Shown: positions 49,034 through 60,754 of the stretch, one piece after another | How positions within the stretch are numbered: position 1 is the first letter of the stretch | Layout of the letters: the number at the start of each line of letters is the position of its first letter | Origin: Mantamonas sphyraenae STR306 | Lineage: Eukaryota > Protista > CRuMs | Length of the DNA: 64,000 nt | NCBI GenBank assembly: GCA_026936335.1 | Contig: JAPMXV010000032.1 | Coordinates: forward strand, 248,001-312,000 | Reading direction: 5' to 3' | Translations under genes and position numbers: made by a program | Notes under the pieces: generated by a model | The model's input: the letters and a program-made list of their open reading frames with translations, nothing else | Databases searched by the model: none | What the model was told of the DNA's origin: nothing

Positions 49034-51292
49034 ATGGGAGTGTCCACGCTGACGACGTACATCAACGAACGCTTTGACATCACAAAGAAGAGTCTGAGCA
49101 CGCTGCCCGAAGGGGAGACACAGTGGACGCTGCTGTTTGACGGCGACTCGCTCATGTACGAGCTGTACCGTCGGTTCAAGATCGACTGGAGCAGTGGCGG
49201 CGACTATGGACGTTTCCACGCCCTGTGCCTGCGTTTCTTCCGTCGCATGGTGGCCTCGTCCGACTTTGACATCATGTTTGTGTTTGACGGCCCGCGTGCC
49301 ATCCAGCCGGCGGAGGAACTGAAGCGTCGCGCACGTAACAAGATCGATCAGGTGTCACGCGCCATGCGCAAGGCCCACGAGGAGTTTGTGCTGCCTGTAC
49401 ACACACGTTCGGTGCTTGTGGATGCGGCACACGAGGCCGGGGTGCAACTGGAGTTTGCCCTGGGTCGCGCCGACACAAAGATTGCCCAGATGGCCTCGCA
49501 GGAGGATGCCAAGTGCTGGGTGGTCAGCAACGACTCGGACTTTATGATGTACGCCATCCCGGGCTACATCCAGCTGGATGCGCTGAAGATCTTCAGCAGC
49601 ATCGAGCCGAGCGACGGCGATGCATTTGGCAAGCTGGACTCGGGTTCGTTCATCGACACGGCCCAGCTGTCCGAGTGGCTGGGTTTCCCCGTGCAGCTGT
49701 TTCCTGCGTTTGCCACGTTGTGTGGCAACGACCTGGTGCATCGCAACACGTGGCGGGAGCTCCACGGCTTCCTGCGTGCCCAGCTCGAATCTTCCGGCGA
49801 GGAAGCGGGGGCGGAAGAGGGCGCTTCTGAGGGCGCCGGCAGTGGCAAGCAGGGCGAGTTGGAGGAACCCAACTCGTCAGACAGTGCCTCGTCGACCGGT
49901 GCAGGCGGTGCATCGTCGTCGTCGTCGTCGTCGGGCACATACCGCAAGAATGCGGAGCTTGTGCGTGGCTTTGTGCTGCAGGCGTGGCAGGAGGCGCAGG
50001 AGGCCGAAGCACGCGGCGAAAAGTACGGCGCCAAGGTGGAAGGCAGCGGCAGCAGCGACGAGAAGGGTGATGAGGAACAAGGAACAGTGGACGGGGCTGC
50101 TGGTGCTGGGGAGGCAGTGGAGGAGGAGGAGCCTCAGGACGTGTACGGGCGTGTGGAAAAGGTGCTGATCGAGACTGCGCTGGCCAAGGTGGACACCAAG
50201 GTGGTGTTTTCCGTGACCAAGCGTGTGGACAAGTCGCTGAAGTTGTACCGTAGCAACGGACTGGAGGGGAAGGAGAACGAGCTGGAGTTGGCTGTGGATG
50301 ATGAGACGGCGTCGCGTCTGCACCGGCTGTGGGAGTGGTACACTGCGCACGGCGACAATGCACGCGTGGCAGTGACCATGTGTGAGGCCGGCCACCACGC
50401 ACACCCGATTGCCATGGAACCCTGGTTCGGATACAACCTGAGTGCATGCAATGTGAACAAGGAGTGGTACATGCAGCTGTACGCGCAGTTGCCCCTCAAC
50501 AACGGCCGTGTCACCACCCTCTGTCCCGACTACAAGAAGAAGCGCCTCATTGAGGATCAGGTGTGGGACTTTCGCCAGGTGAATCTGTTGGACCTGGACC
50601 AGCCCTCCTGGCAACACTTTCTGGCCCAGGAGACGGGCTTCCATGCACGTTGGCTCAACTTGGCCAAGAGCCTCAAGGATCGCGACGACGCCGCTTGGGT
50701 GCTGGACCACCCCTCTGTCTGGGTGGCTGCCTTTATCCTCTCGCAGCTCTACCACGGCGGCTCGGTGCACGAGCAGGACGTCGTGTTTGCTGTGGCTGGC
50801 CTGAGCAAGACGCGAAACAGCAACGTTGAGGAGGAGAAGGAGGAGCTCAAGAGCCAGGAGGACGTCGAGGAGGACGACTACAAGATCCACCTGCGCATGT
50901 CTGCCTACCTGCAGTCCATGTGGACGGTGCTGGAAATGCTGCATGCAGTGTACCACATCGAGGGCGGCGCAAACGAGGACACGGACATGGCGTCGCTTCC
51001 GCGCTTCCCCAGCATCGCAGGCGCCTTTGAGGGCCGTGCCTGGCTCACGGTGCGTGCCACAGAGAATGCCGACAAGGATGACTTTGACTTTGACGAGGAG
51101 CAAACCAGCCTGGACGAGGTGCAGGAGCTGCTCTACGGCATCATCGTCTCCACCGAAGAGGTCTCCTTCCCCACTGGCGACGACGACGAGGACGGCAGCG
51201 ATGCAAGCGACAACGACGGCGAGGATGACGACAGCGATGACGACAACGGCATGTGGTCGTCGTCCAATCCATACGCCGCCCTGGGGCTGTGA
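49034..51292 (+). CDS. Asteroid/ASTE1-like XPG/FEN1-type PIN nuclease, paralog B
   Basis: MGV start; LFDG, SGGDY, VFDG, RAD (EAD in paralog A), NDSDF, LCGND. Intronless. Confidence 0.85.
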   Translation: MGVSTLTTYINERFDITKKSLSTLPEGETQWTLLFDGDSLMYELYRRFKIDWSSGGDYGRFHALCLRFFRRMVASSDFDIMFVFDGPRAIQPAEELKRRARNKIDQVSRAMRKAHEEFVLPVHTRSVLVDAAHEAGVQLEFALGRADTKIAQMASQEDAKCWVVSNDSDFMMYAIPGYIQLDALKIFSSIEPSDGDAFGKLDSGSFIDTAQLSEWLGFPVQLFPAFATLCGNDLVHRNTWRELHGFLRAQLESSGEEAGAEEGASEGAGSGKQGELEEPNSSDSASSTGAGGASSSSSSSGTYRKNAELVRGFVLQAWQEAQEAEARGEKYGAKVEGSGSSDEKGDEEQGTVDGAAGAGEAVEEEEPQDVYGRVEKVLIETALAKVDTKVVFSVTKRVDKSLKLYRSNGLEGKENELELAVDDETASRLHRLWEWYTAHGDNARVAVTMCEAGHHAHPIAMEPWFGYNLSACNVNKEWYMQLYAQLPLNNGRVTTLCPDYKKKRLIEDQVWDFRQVNLLDLDQPSWQHFLAQETGFHARWLNLAKSLKDRDDAAWVLDHPSVWVAAFILSQLYHGGSVHEQDVVFAVAGLSKTRNSNVEEEKEELKSQEDVEEDDYKIHLRMSAYLQSMWTVLEMLHAVYHIEGGANEDTDMASLPRFPSIAGAFEGRAWLTVRATENADKDDFDFDEEQTSLDEVQELLYGIIVSTEEVSFPTGDDDEDGSDASDNDGEDDDSDDDNGMWSSSNPYAALGL

Positions 51293-51342
51293 TTTTGGAA
51301 AATGAGATGGGAGTGTCGGGAAGTAGGGTCTGGAACAAATGC

Positions 51343-51344
51343 CA

Positions 51345-51389
<45 letters not shown>
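51343..51389 (+). repeat. Compound (CA)n(GA)n microsatellite
   Basis: Directly visible between Asteroid B and POP. Confidence 0.95.
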
Positions 51390-51392
<3 letters not shown>

Positions 51393-51439
51393 CACACATC
51401 CACGTATCTATCGACTCTGTGCTGCGGAGGGAGGCACGG

Positions 51440-54055
51440 ATGGAGGCAATGTTTTCGCGTGGCCGAGGGCGTGTGCGGTCGTGTTGGTCGAGCATAGGGG
51501 CCGAGCTGCATGTGAGGGCTGGGGTATGTAGACAAAAGGCAGAGGCGGATTCGGCGGTGGCGTTGCCCGAGGGGGTGACTGTGGTGACGCGTGTGGAAGA
51601 AGCAAGGCGTGTGATGAGCATCTTGGAGAAGCTGCCTCAGACGACGCTGCACGCGTGCGACACAGAGGCAACAGACATCGACCTGAAGAGCCAGTCGCCC
51701 GTGGGAAACGGACGGTTGATTGCGGCCAGTGTGTACAGTGGACCAGAGGTGGACTTTGGCGACGGGCCGCGGCTGTTTGTGGACGTGCTTGGTGACGAGG
51801 GCAAAGGCGTGCTGGCTGCGCTTCAGCCCTTTTTCGAGAGCACGGTCATGCGCAAGGTGTGGCATAACTACGGGTTTGACAGGCACTTGCTGTACAATGC
51901 AGGCGTGGATTGCCAAGGCCTGGCTGCAGATACCATGCACATGGCCAGGCTGTGGAACGCAGGCAGGCGGCGAGGGTACAGCTTGGAATCGCTCAGTCAG
52001 GAACTGCTGGATGACACCCGCTTCCACAAGAGCGTGGGCCTCAAGGAGCGCTTTGCACGCCCCAAGATGAAAAAGGACGGCACGCCGGGCAAGACGTTGA
52101 TCCTGCCTCCGTTGGAGGAAGTGCAATGCGATCCCGAAACGCGTGGGGACTGGGTCGACTATGCATGTCTTGATGCAGAGGGTGAGTGAGTGTGTGTGAG
52201 TGTGTGTATGTGTGTGTTGGGGGTGGGAGGGGAGTTAGGGGAGGGGGGGGGATGAACATGTGGTCGTGGGAACCATGGGGAAGGGGGATTGGCCCAGCAT
52301 TGACACGGACAGTGGGTGGATGGAGCAGCAACATACTACGTTCACGAGGCGCTGAGCGAGAAGCTGCGTGAGATGCCGTGGATGCCACGCAAGGCAGGGT
52401 ACCGGAACATGATGGATTACTACGAGCGGTACTACGTGGACTTTGCCAAGGTGCTCACGGACATGGAGCGTGCCGGGTGCAAGCTGGACTTTGCGCACCT
52501 GGAACGGATCCACGAATTGGCGTTGCAGGACAGAGAGGCATCGGAAGCCAAGTGCAGAGCATGGTTGCGACGGGTGGGCGACGCAGACGTGGCGGAAAAC
52601 ATGAATCTGAAGAGTGCAGTGCAGTTGCGGCAGCTGCTGTTTGCACCGTACCAAAACCGCAAGCTTAAGCAGGAAATGGCTGCAGTGGACGCGTTTGACG
52701 TGGAAAACACCGACGGGCGCATCGAAGAGGGCAAAGCACGTCCCAAGAAGAAGCGACCACTATTTATTACGGGCCTGGGGATGGAGTGCACACGCGTGAC
52801 ACCACAGGGATGGCCCGCCACAGGTGCACAGGTGCTGGCGGAGCTGTCGGGTAACCCGCCACCGGACGAGGCTGTGGAACAGGAAGAGGAAACGCTTGCG
52901 TGTGTGGTGGCAGATCCGGAGGCGGAAGATCGGTGGATCTTTGACTTTGGTCCTGAGCGAGCAGGGCGCAGGAGTGCACAGCTGCTTGGGGCTCACTACG
53001 GACGTGCGTTCCAACACTTTGGCGGGGGAAAGAAGGGCCACGACGCATGCACAGCGCTGTATGCGTTGCAGGAGATGAGTGCGGTGGACACACTGGTGGG
53101 CACGTTTATCGGCCCGTTGCAGGCGATGGCAGACGAGAAGCATCGCATTCACGCGTCGTTGAACCTGAACACAGAGACAGGACGGCTGTCGTCGCGGCGA
53201 CCCAACCTGCAAAACCAGCCGGCGTTGGAAAAGGATCGCTATCGGATCCGTGCTGCGTTTGTGGCGGAGGAAGGCAACAGTCTGGTGGTGGCCGATTATG
53301 GACAGTTGGAGTTGCGCATTCTGGCACACATTGCCAATTGCCGCAGCATGATCGATGCGTTTGCCAAGGGAGGCGACTTTCACTCGCGCACGGCTTTGGG
53401 CATGTATCCAGAGATTGCAGAGAGGGTAGACAAGGGAGAAATCCTGCTGGAGTGGGACGCCAAGGCAGAAGGAGGCGCGGAGCCTCCGCTGCCGTTGCTG
53501 AAGGATGCGTATGCTTCGGAGCGGCGAAAGGCAAAGATGTTGAATTTCTCGATTGCATACGGCAAGACAGCCATTGGACTGGCCAAGGATTGGGGTGTGA
53601 CGCGACAGGAGGCACAGGAGGTGGTGGAGCGATGGTATGCAGATCGTCCAGAGGTGCGAGAGTGGCAACAACGTACGATCGCGCAGGCGCACGAGGACGG
53701 GTACACAAAGACGCTGATGGGCCGTTACCGACCGTTACCCGACCTGCACTCTTCGTCACGATGGGCTGTGTTGCACGCAGAGAGGGCAGCCATCAACACA
53801 CCGATCCAAGGCGGTGCGGCAGACGTGGTGATGAAAGCCATGCTGCAGCTGGCCGTGGACGAGCGTCTGAAGAAGATGGGCTACACGATGCTGTTGCAAA
53901 TTCACGATGAGGTGATGATGGAGGGACCGCGGGAGTTGCAGGCGGAGGCTTTGGCAGTGGTGAAGGAGGTGATGCAGAATCCGTTTGAGCGACCACTTCG
54001 TGTGGCTCTCGAGGTGGATGGCAAGTATGCAGACAGCTGGTACGAAGCCAAGTGA
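51440..54055 (+). CDS. POP: Family A organellar DNA polymerase (POP type): 3'-5' exonuclease plus polymerase
   Basis: Arg/Ser-rich transit-like N-terminus; HACDTE, KVWHNYGFD; intron 52182-52328; POP-type insert YGRAFQHFGGG..G..AC; TGRLSSRRPNLQNQP, ADYGQLELR, RRKAKMLNFSIAYG, QIHDE. Confidence 0.93.
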
Positions 54056-54128
54056 TGAAGCGAACAGGGGAAGAAGGGGAAAGTGGGTGAGGGGTATGGA
54101 CAGTCGCGGCGGCGCACGTGGCAAACCA

Positions 54129-55436
54129 ATGAAGAGTTTGTTGCTTGCTTGGGTGGTGCTAGTGCTTGTGGCGCTGGCAAACTTGAACCAAGGGGCGACG
54201 GTGGAGGATGTGGTGTCTGAAATGGACTGTATGAACAGGGATGGGAATGGACGTGCGATCAGTCGTTCGTGTGTGCTGAAGAACGTGTGTTTGGATGCAA
54301 CCGGGACACTGCGCTTCTTTGCGCCGCCGCCACCGAGCAAGGTGGAGGTGCCCGACCCGCTGGTGCACTTTGGCACGTACGATTCTACCCCCGAGGTGAG
54401 CATCAAGGTGACGGAGCGGCAGGGGGCGGAACCGTTGAAGCTCAAGGTGGGACGGTGGGTGGAAAAGCCCGCGGTGGCCGTGTACCGTGCACAGGGCAAC
54501 AACTTTTTCCACGCGTTCCTCGACGATTACTTTGGACTGTGGTTTCTGATTGAACACGGGGCGAGTGCTCTGTGGAAGGGAGGCATGGACAAGAGGGACA
54601 CGCAGCTGCTGATTGCAGACACAAAGCCGCTGGACTACGCATACTCGTTCCTCACGAGGCTGTTCAGTCGCAACACTCCGGAATACTTTAAGGAGATTGT
54701 GCCACGGGAAGGGGAGGGCCTTGTGTGTTTCCGTGCACTGGCTCTGGGCTACGGCAACAAGAACCTGGGCGGGCCGGGCATCACTACGGTGCGTGGCGAC
54801 GACATTGCAGGCTTCCGGTCCTTTGTACTGGAGTCGCTGGGCTTGCAGCGTGCTCCCGTGCTGTCAAACGAGGAGAAGCTTGCGGCCGGACTGAACGTAA
54901 CGTTGATGTTGCGCAAGCGGGACAGGCTGGTGCTGAACAGCGACGAGCTGGTGAACCAGCTGGGATTCAACCGACCGGGAGTCAATCTGAACGCGGTGCA
55001 TTTGGAGGACATGAGTTTCGTGGAGCAGGTGAAGCTGATGACGCACACGCAGGTGTTGGTGGGTGTGCACGGAGCAGGCTTTGCCCACATGGTGTTCCTT
55101 CCTGACGACGCAGTGCTGCTGGAACTGTTTCCATGGCAACTGCGCCGTCCCAACTACCAGATTGTGGCCATGAACATCCTGGACCTGGGATACGACAGCT
55201 GGACAAACACCGACCAAAGCAAGACGCGCTTCCGCGAAGAGATCCTGCGTGGGTTGCCCGAAGACTTTGCCGCACAGATCCGCAGCACGTTTTCCATCAG
55301 TTCCATGGTGGCCAACAACTATTGGGTCAACCAGGACACCGAGGTGGACGTCAGGGCCGTCGACGCCACCCTCGGCAACCTCCTCGCTCGCTTTGGGTAC
55401 AAGGATGGTGTGCGTGCACAGCATGACGAGTTGTAA
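54129..55436 (+). CDS. Glycosyltransferase family 61 (EOGT/POMGNT2-like), ER-luminal
   Basis: Signal peptide, NFFHAFLD, VGVHGAG, LLELFP, YWVNQDT, C-terminal HDEL. Confidence 0.85.
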   Translation: MKSLLLAWVVLVLVALANLNQGATVEDVVSEMDCMNRDGNGRAISRSCVLKNVCLDATGTLRFFAPPPPSKVEVPDPLVHFGTYDSTPEVSIKVTERQGAEPLKLKVGRWVEKPAVAVYRAQGNNFFHAFLDDYFGLWFLIEHGASALWKGGMDKRDTQLLIADTKPLDYAYSFLTRLFSRNTPEYFKEIVPREGEGLVCFRALALGYGNKNLGGPGITTVRGDDIAGFRSFVLESLGLQRAPVLSNEEKLAAGLNVTLMLRKRDRLVLNSDELVNQLGFNRPGVNLNAVHLEDMSFVEQVKLMTHTQVLVGVHGAGFAHMVFLPDDAVLLELFPWQLRRPNYQIVAMNILDLGYDSWTNTDQSKTRFREEILRGLPEDFAAQIRSTFSISSMVANNYWVNQDTEVDVRAVDATLGNLLARFGYKDGVRAQHDEL

Positions 55437-55530
55437 TGAGGTCAATGAAGGTACGCATTCGGATGCGGAGGTTGTTGTTAGGGCGATTTGCGCTGGGCGG
55501 ATGGCCCCCCGGAGAACACCCCAATCGGAA

Positions 55531-57391
55531 ATGTTTGTGCGCAGAACGACCAAGAGCTTGTTGCAAAGGGTGCCCCAGGTGGGCGTGCGTGGAGGCTCGC
55601 GTATGGTGAGCAGTCATGTGGGTCGATCGGCCATGGTGTCGTCGCAGACGGTGTCTGTGGTCGGCGGACGTGCTGGTGTGTCTCGTGGCGCAGCACTGCG
55701 CACCATGGCCACACAAGCACAGCGAAGCAGCCTGGGAAGCGGAGCACATGGCAACGGCAAGGCCAAGGCCGCGTTTGGGTTGGCTGCAGGTCTTACGGTG
55801 GTCGGCGGCGGTTCGGTGGTGAGTTTTCTTCCCGCTGCGAGAGGGCCTTTCGGCCGACGGACTTTTGTCTCCTGGTTGGGGGGGCGACGGCGTACGGCAA
55901 AAGAAACGATGAGCTGACATGCAACGTGGTTTGTACCTGTGTGCTGCTGTGCGTGTGTGCGCGCACGGGTGTGTACGTGTGGTGTGTTGAACGGGGGATG
56001 GGTGTTGTTGCCGGCGGCAGGTGCTCGCAAGCGTCGCGCTGGCTGATCAGGACGAAGCTGGGGCAAAGGAGCAGCAGGAGGTGACTGGGTTCAAGTATGT
56101 GATTGTGGGTGGAGGGACGGCGGGATACAACGCACTGAAGACCATCCAGGCGGCGAACCCGGGTGCGGACGTGCTGCTGGTGAGCAACGAGAGCACGGCG
56201 CCGTACGAACGACCGCCGCTGAGCAAGGAACTGTGGTTTTCGGAGGACAAGGATGTGCGTGACTCGTTGTCGTTCACCAACTGGGAGGGCAAGGAGACGT
56301 GTGCGGTGTACGAAAAGTCGTCGCAGCTGGAGGCCAACAGCGGCACGACGGTGCTGCTGGAAACCAAGGTGACGAAGCTGGACGCGGAACAGAAGCGAGT
56401 GCACCTGAGCAACGGACAGCAGGTGGCGTACGACAAAATCCTGCTGGCAACGGGCGGTTCGCCGCGCAGGCTGCGTATGGTGCCGCAGGGTGCATACGAG
56501 AGCGGGCAGGCGAGCACGTTCCGTTCGGTGGAGGATTTCCGCAGGCTGCACCAGCTGGCGGAGGAGAACCCGGGCAAGACGGTGACGGTGATTGGGGGCG
56601 GCTTCCTGGGCTCTGAGTTGACGTATGCGTTGGTGAAGAAGGGCATGAAGGTGAAGCAGGTGTTTCCGGAGAACGGGGTCATGGGTCTGTACATCCCGGA
56701 GTACCTGAGTGCGTACACGACGCACAAAATGCGCGAGGCTGGCGTGGATGTGATGGCCAACAGGATGGTGAATGGGGTGGAGCAGCGTGAGGAGGACGGC
56801 AAGCTGGTGTTGGTGCTGGACGACGGCCAGCAGGTGGACACAGACTACCTGGTGCTTGCCGTGGGCATGGTGCCCAACACAAAACTGGCCCGTGAGGCTG
56901 GGTTGGAAATCGACAGCAAGAATGGAGGCATTGTGGTCAACGCCGAACTGGAGGCGCGACGGGATGTGTACGTGGCAGGCGACGCTGCGTCGTTCTACGA
57001 CGGCGCCCTGGGACGCCGTCGCATCGAACATTACGAGCATGCGGAGCTGAGTGGCAAGGTGGCGGCAGAGAACATGATGGGTGCACGCAAGGCATACTCG
57101 CAGCAAAGCCATTTCTGGGGTAGCCTCGGTGAAGAGATCTCCTACTTGGCCGTGGGTGTCATTGAGCCCACCATGGAATCGGTGAGCGTGTGGGAACAGG
57201 AAGTGTCCTCTGAGGACGACGTGCCCGAAGCAAAGACACCGTCCAGTCCCGCCGACTGGCAGGCGTACTGCAACGGCGAGTGCGCAAAGGGTCTGGTGTA
57301 CTTTCTCAAGGACGATGTCATCCAGGGTGTGCTCATGTGGAACCGGTTTGATCTGGACGAGCAGCGTGCCAAGCTGGCCACGCATGTGTGA
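55531..57391 (+). CDS. AIFM1: Apoptosis-inducing factor, mitochondrial flavoprotein
   Basis: Transit peptide; intron 55819-56020; YVIVGGGTA, PYERPPLSKELW, IGGGFLGSEL, LGRRRIEH, FWGSLG. The 3' end may be extended by splicing. Confidence 0.9.
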
Positions 57392-57680
57392 GGTGTGTGT
57401 GTGAGAGGCGGCGCGCACAGCAGCGCATCCAAATCAATTGCCACCTGTAGGTTTTTGGGTATGACGAGGACCATTGCAAATGCATGTGGGGAAGGATGGA
57501 AGGATTGGAAGGGGAGAGCGTGGGTGCAGACGTGCCGTATGCCACGGTGTGCGTTGGGCGCCTGGTGGACGTTTCCAGTCCGCGCAGACGGAATCCGTGC
57601 ATGTGCAAAGAAGACGGCGCGCCACAAGGACACAGGGACACAACAGACTGACACACGGCCTGCCCCTTGCAGAATACATC

Positions 57681-59790
<2,110 letters not shown>

Positions 59791-59860
59791 GCTGGAAACG
59801 AGGTAAGTTATTGTCAGAGTGAACGAGAGCGAGAGAGGGAGCGACAGCGAGAGTGAGAGC

Positions 59861-59901
59861 GGAACGGAACGGAACGGAACGGAACGTGATGTGATGTGAT
59901 T
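59861..59901 (+). repeat. (GGAAC)5 followed by (GTGAT)3 pentamer repeats
   Basis: Directly visible downstream of DBP2. Confidence 0.85.
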
Positions 59902-60754
59902 GTGTCAAGACTGGAAGCGAAGCGATGCGGAAGCAAAAGTCAAGTGGTGCGGGTGAATGATGTTTGCCACTGGCATGCGTGTTCTCTTTCCCGAGTGTGT
60001 GCGTGTGTGTATGCGCCTGTGCCGAAATGTGTTCCACCCCAAGAGCAATGAGCACCCAGCAACAGCAACAGCGACAACAGCACACACACACACACACTTT
60101 TGCACACGGCGGAACGGCGGCAGCGCTGGCACAGCAGGAGGGGGATCCAAAGGAACCCCCTTGCTGCCCTTTGCCTTTGCTGTCTCTTGCGTGCCGCCGG
60201 ACTGGATACGGTCCGCGCATGAAACTGCCCGGTTCTCCGTGCACTGCAATCTCACCGGGCCTTAAAGATTGGAGCGCAGTAAGCAGCAGCGTCCGCAGCG
60301 CCTTTTGTCATGGGTGCGCTGGCGGGCAGCTGCCCACACCTGCGTTTTGGTCGGTCGCGGGGACGGTTGTCGTGCACACAGGTCAGGTTCAATGCGCGTC
60401 GTGCACAACGCATATGGACACACAACGTACACAGCGTTGTGTGTGCGTACGCACCGACAACGCCTGCTTTGCAAAAGGATTCTCGACAGAAGCGATCACC
60501 TCACGCTCACGGACAACCACGGTAACCCGTTTCCCTTGCCCCGTCCCCTTTGCTCACACCTATTTCATTTGGGTTGCCAATAGCCCCTCGCACCAACTGT
60601 GCCCCTCGACCGACCAAGCAGCTCCAGGGCCGTTTGATTGCCCGGTGCAGCACGAGAATGAGAGAGAGAGAGATCCAAGCAATGCATGCCATTCGATTTT
60701 GTCATTTCCATGTCTTTCATTTGTTTCTGTGCCGCGCAAGTGGGCATTGCCGCT

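Noticed and set aside
52230-52245. TTAGGG in the POP intron as an interstitial telomere
   Set aside because: Single copy within a G-rich tract.
40869-54055. Nuclease plus polymerase next to a tRNA as an integrated virus or mobile element
   Set aside because: No integrase, capsid, terminal repeats or target-site duplication; the polymerase is a cellular POP with a spliceosomal intron, and housekeeping genes are interleaved.
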